DNA of 62,405 nt, the filler included, from Choristocarpus tenellus KU-1152 (lineage: Eukaryota; Protista; Phaeophyceae), in NCBI GenBank assembly GCA_964200185.2. It is 12 parts of 12 records of this genome, joined end to end, with 100 filler letters (N's around TTAATTAATTAA, not from the genome) between each part and the next. Parts side by side here need not be neighbours in the genome. Positions count along the whole stretch, not along the records: positions 1 to 7,345 come from CAXNAD020006300.1; positions 7,446 to 10,612 come from CAXNAD020021823.1; positions 10,713 to 13,370 come from CAXNAD020025891.1; 9 more parts are not named here. The stretch is one strand, 5' to 3'. Both the position numbers and the translations under genes were made by a program. Under the pieces are notes generated by a model. The model saw only the letters and a program-made list of their open reading frames with translations. It had not been told where the DNA came from and ran no database searches. Positions 1 to 12,490 of the stretch are shown one piece after another. Every line of letters begins with the position of its first letter. The first letter of the stretch is position 1.

Positions 1-1240
1 CCCCCCCCAGCTTCATCCAACATGGTCTATACTTAACTGACCAACACAAACGGGATATCACACACAGCTCTAAGTCACTTCGAAAGGATTGCCCGAAGTC
101 CATCCGGTTCAGCAGTAAAAAAAAAAACATTTCACTATGCACACTGTGCGTAACCTGAAACGCTAGAGCGATGCGGGACTCGATCTACCCTGCACCATGT
201 ATGCAACAGGCAACACGTAAGGCGACGTGGCATCCTTTGTCCATTTTCATGTCTGTATCTGCAAACTGCAAACCACAAACCACAATAAAGATTGCATGCT
301 AGATGTATGCAAAGAGGAGAGAGGGGCAGAGAGTGATCTCTTCACCTCTCCTTCACCGCATCTCAACACTAATAAGATTGCTTCCGCTTGTTCTGGACGA
401 GCTAGTTAGGCAAGATGTAAATTCGTCATCTCCTTTGCTCTTCATCGAGAGGTTGCGACTCTTTTTCTCCTCAGAATGGTGCTCATCTTCCTCCCGATGG
501 CCGATCCCAATCTGTGCCCTGACCTCAGATTCCAAAGCTTTGAAAAAAGTGTACTACGCGCTGTAATCACCTCTGCCTTGATGCAAATGTTAGAAAAGGC
601 TTGCACCATAGGTACAAGCATGAGTGTGCTCTGGTACTACCTAATGCAAAAAATGAAGCGTATCACCGTTGTCCAATTTTATATCCTGCTGGAATAAGCA
701 CTTCATCAATACACCAATAGATTTGAGGGAACAGCATACTTTATGCTCTGGGCTTCCAACCACTGTCACAGGTTCACACGAATCACTCCTTGAGGTTTCA
801 GTATACCCACTTATAGTTCGTAAGTTCGAGCTGGACTGACAGTCAGTACACTATGAAATACAAGTTTGGGGGGGGAGAGGGCTGCATAGGTGAGAGATCA
901 GGGTGGTGGGACAACAGAGGCTCATTCGTGAAGTGCTCACACAGCATGCAGCTATGCAATGACTCGGATCAACTCGCGTTCTAAAGAAGGAAGTCACAGC
1001 AAGATTTTACACTCTAAGAGGTAATTCACATCAACACTTAAGGTCACACAGACTGTCCCACATTGTACTGTGTGCAGGAGGTACAGAAATCACAAGATCA
1101 GTTGTTGCTAAGGGCGACTGTACCACATACATTCAGTAAAGTGAACCTTAGGCAAGCTCTGATGGTAGCAAGAGATATGTCTACACAGACACACCTTCAC
1201 AAAAAAAAATTCAAATCATCAAATCTAAACAAATGATCAC

Positions 1241-1916
1241 CTGCAATCATCACTCAAGTCAACAACAACGGAGTTGATAGTTGGTGTTGAGATGCCCTTA
1301 CTCCCTCCTTCTTCCTCTCCCTCGTCCATCTCTACAGAGCCACTGGATCCCATCCTATCATGCCCCGAGCCTTTCCCTTCCAACTCCTCCAATACCTCCA
1401 GCAATCCGTCCTCCTGCTCTCCAATCCACATGTAAACGTCGCAAACGAACCGTAAAAAACCATGGTGGGAGGGGTTACCAGCAGCAGAATCGTTAACAGA
1501 AAAAAACCTTGGGGAGTTGAACTTTCGTAGAGACAGGGAACCTGATGAACGATAAGACCGAAGTTCGAGACGTCAATCGCGACGTTCTATACTTGCGACC
1601 AGGTCCACACGATTCCGCGCGGCCTTAGGACGCACTCTCGAAGGTGGCAGTGTTCGGTATGACGAGGTTGTAAAAGGTAAATAATCCACCACGCTTCTTC
1701 TAGATAATGTTGTGATTGACACCAAAGTCGGATTCCAGGTGGACTGAAGTGGAAAATTGGTCGACGGAGTGAAAACGGCCTGACGGAATACCTCGCACAA
1801 GTCACCTTCTTTTCTCTTCTTCTCTGACTATAATTCTTCCCCTTGCTCTCCATCTGGATCTCACTCTTCTTTGTTGTCTTGAGCCAAGCATAAAGGTCTG
1901 GAGTACCCAAACACCC
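1241..1916 (-). CDS. Putative exons of an unidentified multi-exon gene, divergent from gatA (candidates 1916-1806 and ~1541-1241)
   Basis: 1916-1806 is bounded by TTAG| and AAG|GTGACT and reads GCLGTPDLYAWLKTTKKSEIQMESKGKNYSQRRREKK. ~1541-1241 is an open acidic stretch ending CAG|GTGATC. No family recognised and the phases between the two were not reconciled. Confidence 0.3.
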
Positions 1917-3485
1917 CTAACACACAAACACACACAATGAGTGACAAAATATTCGTGACCTCAACCGTATCCCTCCTACAAATGCGATGCCCACCGACGG
2001 GATGCGGCTCAATATAAAGTGTAGATAGCGTCACGAAGCGCAGTCAAGATAAGAGGCGGAAAAAACATGGGCACAATATAGTGCGAACGCAAAACAGTAT
2101 CACCTAACTTGTCATTCTCAGCTGCTACAACAGCACCATATCTTCCCCAACACGTGCTTTCCACGAAAAACTTTGACTCTAGACGATAGAGGAGGGAGAC
2201 GTTTTCCCTACGCTCCCACCTCAGGCACTGTGACGAAGTGAACAAGTTGGACGAGAGTCTTTGTGTGAGACAAATTCCTTTAGTGTGAAAAAGCGGGCAG
2301 ATCACATTCGCTCACAATGGTGGCACTGTCAGCAGGATTCAAAACATTACAGCTTCCCCAGTTCCTTACGTTGCGGCTTGCTCGACAGTGGGTGTTCCGC
2401 ACCAATTTTGAGGATTGTTGTAACCCTAGTTCTGGATCAGACAAGGAAGGCGGCATCCATTTGGTATTGATAGTGGAGAAACGTAATCGGTCGGTAGAAA
2501 ATCCTACGCTATTCGTCGGTCACTTGAGAATAGAGATACAAATATGGATGGAACTGTGTTACGTCTCTTCTCTGAGGTCTCTCTCTAAGACCAGCGGTCT
2601 GCTATCGTTACCTCTGCTGCTTGAAAGGCTAGAGTCTAGTTGTTTTCGTTGCATGTGGAGAGTGCAATGCGCTTGGTGAATCTACGATCATGGAAATATA
2701 GAAGTATGTTGATTCGACGCAAGTGTGGTGCAACCTTACCACACCCTGATTTTTCTCGATGGATTTCCAGTCTTGCAAACATGTCTCTCTGGGAGGTATG
2801 TAGTATACTTCCACAAAGTCATATCGAAGCATTGGATTGGTTGATTTGCGCGTGTGTTCGGAGCGTGAGATAGGCATTAATAGATATCAAGGTTGAGTGT
2901 TTCCATATTTGCCCTGCAGATCTCAAGTTGGTGGGGGTAGCAGTAACATTACTCTGGTATGTTGCAATTTCCTTCGTGGCTCCTGCTGTATTGCTGCAAG
3001 TAGATTTTGGAGAACAATAATTGTCGGTTCGTTCTGCCTTACTTCTCCGGACTACGGTGTCCATCACGCACCTTTCCTGGTGTACCCCAGGTTCTGGATG
3101 CATATCTTACCTCCAGACGGCCCCCGGGCTCATGACCTTCGTCCACGCAGAGCACTATTTCGCTGAGACTATACTAGTCACTGCCCTTTTGGAACTTGGA
3201 AGGGCTTCTGATGTGTCCCGTGATACTGTCAACCCTCGTACTCTGTACTCCTACATGTCAAGGCCCTACCATAAGTTTGTCCATCCATTCAACCACAACA
3301 TCAGTAGTCATTAACCAACTCACAGGAACACCTCTTTCCCCCCGGTAAAATCCACCAACCAACTACGACCCTCTCAACGACTGTTACCACTCCACCCCCA
3401 CCCCCCTTCTAAACCGCATCCACCATCAACTCACCTTTTTGACCATTCGCCAACATATCCAATCTACCTACAACAACTGGGGCAG

Positions 3486-6400
3486 GCCTCACTCAAGGTG
3501 CGCTCGGGTGATGTGAAGCCTACTGAAATTGTCCAGGCATGCATCGCTCAGATGGAGAGGACAGCGTGGTTGAACTGCTATGTTACTCGCTGCGAGGAGG
3601 GGGCGATTCGAGCAGCGGAGGCCGCTGACGAGAGACAGGCGTCCGGCAAGTGTTCACACCTTGGACATATCCGGCCATCTCTATATATACGTATACGTAT
3701 TTATGCAGTTCTCTCTGGGCTTAGTGTCACACATCCCAGAATTGAGTGGATCCTTCTGTCCTTACTGTGTATTAAAGAGGCTCTGTGTGGATTGTGTTGT
3801 TAACGTGGTATTTGCCATTGACCTCGAACCCTTTTTTGAGTTCCTCTTGTGTGAAAGAAAATGGGAAAATGCAAAGGAATATCCCATATCCTCAACCGAA
3901 GCAACACGTAGCCTGATCCAAAAAGAAAATCCATATTTTTTTACCGTTTTGATTGTCACAGCGTTTTTCTGGACCACACTTCGTCACTCTGAAGTTCCTG
4001 CTTTACATCACAACGTGACCTGTATTTTGCGCTGGCAGTAATCGATGAAAGGTTGGACACCCTTCTCTTAATGCGAGCATGTAGTATCACTCCACATTTG
4101 CCAAACCAATATCGGCTTCATGACCCTTCCATAACATAGGGATGCCCTGTAATTAAGTTGGTTTGTGCATCGAAACACCCGAACTTAACTCTTACAAAAT
4201 GATACTAGGCGGACTCATCATGCATGAATCATATGTAGATGGAATAGTATAAGAATACATCCAAGTTGCGCTAAGGAGATATTGTCCCCATTGTTCTTGA
4301 TTTCAATTTGGGTGGACTTGGTGCCCTCACTCTCGATGATAGGATTGGACAGACCTTTTTATCAGGCCCAGCAGCAGACAAGGCCAGCATGCATTCCAGG
4401 TCTATGGGTTGACCCTTGGGCTGGACCACCCACAAGGTTGATGGCTTGGGAACAGATCTTTGAAAAGTACATTTTGCTGGACCAGCTCTTGCAATCCGTA
4501 CCTAATCCCCTCTCTGATTCAGTGCTGACTCGGGTCAGTCAGCCTGAGGCGTTTCACTCTGTGTGTATGGTTAACCCTCATCAAGGTCTCTTCCCTGTAC
4601 CATTTGGTACTTGCTATTGTTATGTAGATACAAAGTGGCAGCTTGGTGACTCGACCCTTCATATTCTCATTCTCACCACGGGCCGAAAATGCCCGAAAAT
4701 GGGCAATGACAGGGAAGGCGTTAGCATTGGTAGAGTTTACCGTCACTGTAGCACTTTATTGTTGTTTTCAGTCGATCAAGGTATGAACTAATCCTTGAGA
4801 AGCCTAAAGCCCATGGCCGGTCTCACCTTTGTTCCCTTTCTCCTGCAAGCTAGCTACTCCCTCGGACACACTAGTGTGCCTCCCAACCCAAGCCCCTAAC
4901 CCTAAAACACTCCCCCAATGTAGTATGTGCAGAACTTTCAAGGGTGTGTGGATTTTAAGGGACCCTTACTCCTCAGCGAGGACTTACTGTTGTCGACCTG
5001 TCCCAGCTCTTTCCCAAACGCATCCTACTGTTGGCTCTTATTTGCTACTTAACTATGCTCCATGACTCTTGCTTCTTCCCTCTTTGTATATTCACTACTC
5101 GACGCTGTTCTAGGGTCAATCAACCCCCCTTCCCTGTCCCTGCCCCTCTCCCTCCCTTGTTTTCTCACCCCCCTCTCAGGGAAGCTGTTGGGCCCCCTTG
5201 ACGGCATCCCTTACGCAGCCAAAGATAACTTCTGTACTGAAGGCGTGCTCACCACAGCTGGTTCAGCAGTCCTTGCAGGATTCACCCCGCCAACAGGGTA
5301 CGAGTCTACCGCTACAGAGCGGCTCGGGGTGGCTGGGTGCCCATTGTTGGGCAAGACCAACATGGATGAGTTTGGAATGGGGTCAGGAACCATATTCAGT
5401 GACCATGGGCCCTCTTTTAATCCATGGTCCCCAGGAGGGCCTGGGACGGAGGAAGGGAAACAATCATGTTTGATGCAGAGGCAGACACGGGTAGGAGACT
5501 CACAGCCAGAGGGGGGCGCTATGGGGATCAACCAGCAAGCTGAGAGGGAGTGTAGGGGTCTTTCACTTGAAGTTGATAAGAGTAGAGAAGGCAAAAGTTC
5601 AAATATTGGGGAAGGAACAAGGGCAGCAGTAGATGGGGTGAGCTCCGGTTCATCCTCATTTGACCTATTTGTTCCAGGGGGAAGTTCTGGGGGCAGTGCT
5701 GCGGCGGTTGCCTCAGGATCCTGCTTTGCAGCCCTGGGGTCAGACACAGGTGGCTCGGTACGGCAGCCAGCAGCTTTTTGTGGGGTGGTGGGACTGAAGC
5801 CTACGTATGGACTTGTTCCCAGGCATGGATTGATCGCGTATGCAAGCTCTCTGGTGGGTTTTGGTGTGTGGTGGGAGGATGAAAGAGGACCTGCAGTTTT
5901 TTGGTGTTCAGTGGGGATATTGTTGGTGGTATGGGTTGTGATGGTGTGTGGGGAGGGGAAGGGGTAAAGGGAAGAGTGATCATGGTGCCAGAAGATTGTC
6001 TGTAGTGGTACATAAGGTGAGGACTTGGAGTGGTAACGATTGGAAACTCAATTTGGTTGGGCATTATGCATAGTTGTTAGGAAGAATGAGGTGGTAGTTT
6101 CGTTTTTCTGTGATTCTTGAGTTTAGAAAGCGGATTGGATGTCAAGCTGAGGCTCAAAGACACATGGTTCGTGTCACAATTAAGGTGACTTGAAGGCGAG
6201 AGAGGCTTCTTCACCAGCCTCTGCCCTGCACTGCAAAGCTCTTTTCTTGCTGTTTGTGGTCTCAATGTGTTGTGCAGACGGTACTTGATGTAATCAGGGG
6301 TAAAGACCCAGGCTCGAGGCAGGGGTTTGGGTTAGTATGTGAATGCGAGAGCACTTGAAGTATCCATACCTACTCCAACCTGAAGATTAGATCAGGGTTA

Positions 6401-6914
6401 CGGGTTTTTCCTGATGTGTGTGTGGCATGTGTATGTGTATCAGGGTATGATTGTCCATAGGCATACATGTTGGAGGAAAGGAAGTTGTGTGGAGTGGTAA
6501 GATGGTTCTGGGGGCACGAGAGAGATATATCATGTGCTCCAAAACAAGAAGGTACGCCTTCAATTTTGCTCACCCCCTTCCCTGCCCTCACCCTCACCCC
6601 ACCCCCAAAGGATACTCCGGGAGTTTTAACTCGGTCAGTTTTGGATGCCGCCCTCGTCCTCGATGCCATCGCTGGACCTGATCCCAGGGACTCAACATGC
6701 ATTCCAGTCAATGCATGGGCAAGAACAGTGAATGGAAGGTGTGCCCAGACTGTGGCTGGGGAGGCAGGGTTGGGGTATTATGCTCGTGGGTTGGTACCTG
6801 ATCTGGAGAGGCATGAGCACCAGCAGTCAGAAGGAGGGGGGAGGGGGGGGGAGGGGGGAGCACTGCAAGGTGTCCGTGTTGGTATTCCTGCAGAGTTCAA
6901 CGTTGCTGAGCTTG
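3486..6914 (+). CDS. gatA: Glutamyl-tRNA(Gln) amidotransferase subunit A (amidase family), partial; exons 3486-3645, 5180-5853, 6611-6914
   Basis: The spliced product has [87 protein letters not shown]|DTPG and [10 protein letters not shown], the GatA/QRSL1 amidase signature. Junction phases are consistent. The first exon and 3' exons were not located. Confidence 0.95.
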
Positions 6915-7345
6915 GTGAGTGGGGAGAGGGAAATTGTCGGTATGGATTTGAGTAAGGGTTTGTGATAATCTCAATTGCGGGCTGTAAAGGATGGTGAATG
7001 CACCCAAGCTTGAACCCCTGCCCTTATAATGCTTTTTTTATCTGATTGTAGGCATGCACACAACAGTGTTTGAAATAAGAGCTTCTTTTGCAGGTGGACT
7101 GCCTATGAATCCGGGCAATTGCAACTTCCCCGACTTAGAAATCACACCTTGGTGGAGTGTTTTGAACGACTTTATGCCATTTGTTGCTAACAGTACCTAT
7201 CAGTAATTCGGCATGTATTGCGAACAGTCTCTTGTGTAGTCATTATGTACTGCCAACTAAAGTGCAACCCCACTTAACCTCCCCAACCTCCCCCCCCCCC
7301 CCCCCCCCCCCCCCCCCCACCCCCCCTCCCCCCCCCTCCCTCCCA

Positions 7346-7445
7346 NNNNNNNNNNNNNNNNNNNNNNNNNNNNNNNNNNNNNNNNNNNNTTAATTAATTA
7401 ANNNNNNNNNNNNNNNNNNNNNNNNNNNNNNNNNNNNNNNNNNNN
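7346..7445. other. Artificial contig linker N44-TTAATTAATTAA-N44 (also 10613-10712, 13371-13470, 26435-26534, 30773-30872, 34429-34528, 42309-42408, 45465-45564, 51797-51896, 55816-55915, 58949-59048)
   Basis: Eleven identical 100-nt spacers carrying stop codons in all six frames. Confidence 0.99.
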
Positions 7446-7532
7446 GTGCCACCAAACCCCCCAAAAAAAGAGAAAAACGAGAAAAGGGTGAAAAACCGCC
7501 GCCGACCCCCCCCCCCCAAGATACTTTGACCC
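7446..7532. mobile_element. MITE family Y end fragment at contig edge
   Basis: Ends in C-run-AAGATACTTTGACCC, matching the TIR of the complete copy at 50118-50294. Confidence 0.7.
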
Positions 7533-8278
7533 AAATGAGGAGTACTTTATTTCCGAAGTCCTAACCGATAAGGAGAGAGACAAGGTGGGAGGGTAAGTAA
7601 GTCTCACAAGGTCACTTGGGAAAGAAGTGGCAAGGCAAGTGGATCAGGGAGGGCTTGTAAGCTCCACTCAACAACTCGATATTGACGTCATTAGGAACCA
7701 ATGGCTATTGTGAGGAAACATACTCTAACGTACACCTTCTGAAGGAAGAGCACGCTAAGAGGTATTATATTATACCTTGGCGTGAAGGTGACTATCGCAC
7801 AACTCGTAGTACCTATATATTAGGAAGTACACCTGCCCCTCACTGTATTGCTGAACACTACAAAAAAACAACACATAGAGATTCATTTCTGATGGAGGGT
7901 GTACACACCAGATTCGAGGGAAGATATGGAGGGAGGAATTATGGGAAGGTTGACCCCAACGTGCGAGAAAGAATCAACCCATGCGGAGGGTAGTGCAATT
8001 AAATCTAGTGCATCAAAGAGTTTGTAAGGTCCAAGAAAGAGCACAGTGTGCATTACCATCTGGCCACGGGTCAAGGAGATATGTTAGATAGGGGTGGGGG
8101 TGGTGGAGAGGAAGTTCTAAGACTGAAATGACAAAATATCGTGTATGACATAAACATTCGTCGTACCTAAATCCAGCGCGCTTATCGCGCGATTTTGGTT
8201 GAGTCTTCCTTTTCTAACCTTCTATCTGTAACACATAACTTGACAAGGTGTAGAAGCAGCCTCCAGGAGTTTGTAAGC

Positions 8279-10323
8279 ATGAGCCTCCGTGCCTCTGCAA
8301 TCAGTCGTACTAGAATATTCCGAGATTGCACTATCCCGTGCCGCACAGCTTTGGTGTACCGTGTGCCGGGCCTGTGGTCGATACGCCAGCGAGATTGGCC
8401 TGGGACACATAGTCATTTCCTTGTCGGGTTGATCCAGGTTGCGCGACGAACCCTCCGCTCTAGCGTGAATGCTGATAGCTTCCTCCCAGATGTGTGCGGG
8501 CTACCGGTCATGACGTCTAGCTGGGATGCAATTAAGAGCTTAGACAAGGCCTACATGGAGGTGAGGCAAAGGCAAGAGTTGCGAGACACACATTTGTCAG
8601 AGTACTGCCCAACTTGTTCGTCTCTCGTACCCATGCATAATCTCAAAGAGTGTCTAGTAAAGACTGATAGCATTGCAGTCTCCTGAACACAGTTTCTGGC
8701 TCTGATGATGACAATGTTCGAGCCTAAATTGGATAGTGGTTTCGAGATAGCCGTAACAACAGCAGCTTTCCCCCACCTGTATTACCAGTGATGAATGTTG
8801 CTTGGGGCTTATTTTCGTGAAGTTCGCCGCAATTGGTAGCAATTCGAACAGTATCGTCGTGTTCGAAGCCCTAAACAAAAGAGGTGAAAAATCCAAGGTT
8901 CGATCGTCCTGCGGTCGAACATGTCCATATCGACCCCAGTTTCAACCCTGCGCATAATGTCAGTCATATCACCATAACACCAACCCGATCACGACCCCCA
9001 ACTTCGTCACCAAATATAGTGCGAAACCTGGTCACATCCTTGCTGGAACACCAAGACATTATGTCAGTCTTCCAGTAAGTACAACGTGGATTTGAGCTAA
9101 CTATCGTAGTATTCCACGGCCGATGAAAGTATGGATGCTCTGGCTCGACGAGTGGTTAAGATGTTGTAAATGACAAACAAACGTGGTGCAAGGTGTTTTG
9201 CAAGAGTTGTTGACGGGCGATTTGCTGCAATTGTCTGCAGTTCGGGCTGGATCCCTTTAGCGTTCTTGTTGAAGCTTGTTACCTGTGTAAACCACAAGTT
9301 TGATCCAATGCTGTAGCTACGGTTCTCATTTGGCATGATGATCAACAGAATAGCTCCGGTGTGTGGGAGGTGTGCATCACCTCTACCACGTTTCGTCACA
9401 TTAAATACAATTCTTCAATCCCAGACAAATCTGACCACGATCTCAATTGTTGGAACTAGGTATGCTATACGAGTAGCCTTATCCTCATTGCTTTTTACGT
9501 TTCCCTTCCCAGTATGCAAATGGCACTGGGGATCCTTACAAACATGCGCTCAAGGCCCTCGATGCTGATTCCAGCTGTATCATGGCCCACTGCATAAGGG
9601 GCCTACTTGCTGCCACTACTGGGGAAAATCCAGTTGCCGTTACAGATGCACTCGCAGCTGCAAAAGCACACTTGCCTCCATTGGAAGGACAGGGAAGGGA
9701 CAAGGGGAAGTTAGTAGAGAGTGTGCCAGCTGTGGGGCCAGCAGTGACAGCTGGAGGGGGAGAAGGGGGTGTGATTTTTGCATATCGAGAGCATGTCTTT
9801 GTGAAGGCTCTTGAATCATGGGCGTCAGGGCAATACCGCAAGGTGGGTATTGTTGCCTCAAGTCCCTTTCCTAACTTGTGAGTTTAGGTGTGAAAGTGAA
9901 ACCCTCTCTTTCCATTATGAAGGGGCAGCATGATGCTCAGTGTTGAAAGCGCATCCAAAAATCTTGCCGATTTGGGGACTCTGTACCTTGATCTTGATTG
10001 TAAGTTGGAATTAATTCAGGTGCCACTATTGACTGTAGTGTATCATATGGTGCAGAAAATAACTAAAAAGTTATTAATTTCTCTGCCCTACTCAGCATCC
10101 CCCCCCCTATTCTATTCTATCCACTTGTTTACTGGCCCGTGTCACATTGGTTCTCCTAATCAGGGGGCGTTGGTACTTGAGACGTGGCTAATGAAGTGGC
10201 CAGTGGATCTAATGGCACTGAAGTTTGCGCAAGATGCCCATATAATCCTAGGGGACAGCACAAATGCCCGTGACTGTGTGGGAAGGGTGCTTCCCTACTG
10301 GAACAAATGTAAACCATTTTTTG
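8279..10323 (+). CDS. TTC38: TTC38-like tetratricopeptide repeat protein, 5' part; exons 8279-8560, 9513-9842, 10164-~10323
   Basis: The spliced product DVCGLPVMTSSWDAIKSLDKAYME|YANGTGDPYKHALKALDADSSCIMAH...YREHVFVKALESWASGQYRK|GALVLETWLMKWPVDLMALKFAQDAHIILGDSTNARDCVGRVLPYW follows the TTC38 N-terminal pattern (LPxxTxS...ADxxxxMxH...RExxxxxA...PxDxxALKFxxDA...RDxVxRxxPxW). Junctions are GT-AG, phase 0. The Arg-rich N-terminal extension may be a targeting peptide. Confidence 0.88.
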
Positions 10324-10592
10324 GTTATGCATAGGGGGAGACGGGTGTGGGGGGAGGGTTGTGCACAAGGGTTTGGATGACTTGAGCTTGTGGTTACTTG
10401 GGATGTGGATGGTTACAGCACACGATAATTTTCTTTTTTTTATTGTAAGCAAGTGACTTATCCATAGTGTTACGTGCTCTCACAAGTGCTAGTTTAGTAC
10501 TATGTCTAGGCGCAACTAGCATCGTATTGGAGTACATCTGGTATGTGTTACACTTATTTTTCAAAGAAGATGTTTCTTCCATGCCTAATATT

Positions 10593-10612
10593 GGGTCAAA
10601 GTATCTGGGGGG
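10593..10612. mobile_element. MITE family Y TIR truncated by contig end
   Basis: GGGTCAAAGTATCTGGGGGG matches the family TIR. Confidence 0.65.
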
Positions 10613-10712
10613 NNNNNNNNNNNNNNNNNNNNNNNNNNNNNNNNNNNNNNNNNNNNTTAATTAATTAANNNNNNNNNNNNNNNNNNNNNNNNNNNNNNNN
10701 NNNNNNNNNNNN

Positions 10713-10796
10713 ATAATGCAAGTGCACTTTTCTTGGTCAGGACCCAAATGGACACCCTGGTGTAGACCCCCCCTTCCCCCCCAGACACTTTGGGTC
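10713..10796. mobile_element. MITE family Y half copy at contig edge
   Basis: Its reverse complement aligns with the left half of 50118-50294; ends CCCCCAGACACTTTGGGTC. Confidence 0.85.
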
Positions 10797-10999
10797 TGTT
10801 GACTTCTGTAGGAAGCAAAAATAATAATAAAAAAGCAATGAGAAGAAGACACCCCACAAAGGTCACTCTTCTAATTTCAACCATCCGTTCTTTTCACGTT
10901 CAACGAAAGGGGTCGTGTGAGGCTTCACACCTTCTTATATCTTCACTACTGACAAATAGCATTACCTCCCACGGTAATTTGCACACAGGTTAGGAGCCT

Positions 11000-12490
11000 T
11001 GATAGTATGGAGACTGACCTGAAGAAACTTGCTGTCTGGACGGGGGCGATAAGAAGGTCATTGGAGACCTGATCAACTTGGAGACTGTCACTGATCGCCT
11101 ACGCTGGAGGAAAGGGTTTGTACGAAATAACTATAAGGGACTACAAGATTCCCGAAACACTCACCACCATCTCGGGAGAGGCAATGCGTACGGCACATGC
11201 CACATACTCGAAGAATAACAAGGCGTTATGGTTCCTCCGTCTACAAACAATTGAAAGGATCAGCATCGACGATTGTGGCCAAATACGAAAATGGAGGTCA
11301 ACCAGACGGCAGAGGAGCTTGGTTGGAACTAGAATGAGTCTACGGTGGACGCGCGGAGAACGAAATCCCCGTACAAGTCATCACGTTGGAGGCAAAACTC
11401 CGCGAATTACGGCGCGCAGCATCTCAGGACAGCACCGATTTTGCCGTTAAACTCGAACAACTATTTTCGGAATTCAAGGAGCTCAAGGAGCCCAAATCCG
11501 AAAACATGAAGAGAGGGCATCTATACTGCTTGGGATCAAGGAAGCGATGCCACATGTGCTTGCGCAATTAATAACGCGCCCGGACATCAGCTCTGAGGAG
11601 CTCAAACGGGCAGTCATCTCGTCGACAACTTAACCTTCACTCGAGTCAAGATGTTCATGATGCGGTATTAGCAATGCATGGCAATGTGAAGAAGGGTCAT
11701 GCTCGGAAGACCACAGGATTAACTGGAAGTGGCCTAAAATCAATACAATGTGGATAGTGCTTAAGGACGAACCATCGATGACAGAATTGCTACCAAGAAT
11801 TAAAAGGAAAGTCACTGGCAACACGTCCGCCTGGGATGGTACCCGGAACATTTCCGCCACCTCGAACTCGTCGGAGCAGCAACAAAGTCGACGGAAACCA
11901 AGCGCACTCCTTGTCCAGTTTCAAAATGATAGCAGACGAGGAGGTTAACAAAAGTGCGGTGTTCAATTCCTCCGGTGGAAGACAAGTCGAGATATTGTGT
12001 GACTCTGGAGCAAACGTACATCTTACACCTGACTGATCCTGAAGACCTCGCAAGCAATCAGCCTACCAAACACACATGCACCTTCGGAAATAATGGGAAA
12101 TTGGAAGCGAAGGAAACCGAGGATGTGTTTCTAATGGTGACAGACAAGGAGGGCAAACCAACAATAGTGGTTATGAAGGGAGTGAAAGTATCTTAGAGGG
12201 TACGAGGTTTGCCCTGTTTGTCCATTTGGGGCTTCGCTTTCCATGTTTTTTTTCATGACATTTTCCAACTCGAAAATGTGTTGGAGTATGTAAAATATGT
12301 ACGTTATGGAAAGGTGTGTCCGGAACAAGGATATTGACACTATCTGACAAACAAGATAGGCAAAATTACATCAAAATCGCAACATTGGATTTTGACCCCC
12401 AAGTGGACGCGGCCCTACCCTCTAAGATACTTTGGGTCAAGGATGTTCTATGGGTCCCAGGTCTACCATACCGCATATTGAGTACAGTAA
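11000..12490 (+). mobile_element. Degenerate Ty1/Copia gag-protease remnant, interrupted by a MITE
   Basis: Gag-like helical fragments (LEAKLRELRR...FAVKLEQLFSEFKEL), protease motif ILCDSGANVHLT, then TFGNNGKLEA...MKDVLWVPGLPYRILS. Several stops and frameshifts. Boundaries approximate. Confidence 0.85.
12180..12438 (-). mobile_element. MITE family X, complete 259-bp copy, TSD AAGG
   Basis: TIRs GAGTGAAAGTATCTTAGAGGGTA / TACCCTCTAAGATACTTTGGGTC; AAGG at 12176-12179 and 12439-12442. Confidence 0.95.

Noticed and set aside
150-200. tRNA/SINE-like B-box resemblance (also near 7005-7025)
   Set aside because: No cloverleaf or A-box could be built.
5211-5747. 178-aa antisense ORF
   Set aside because: Shadow of the gatA exon; no independent evidence.
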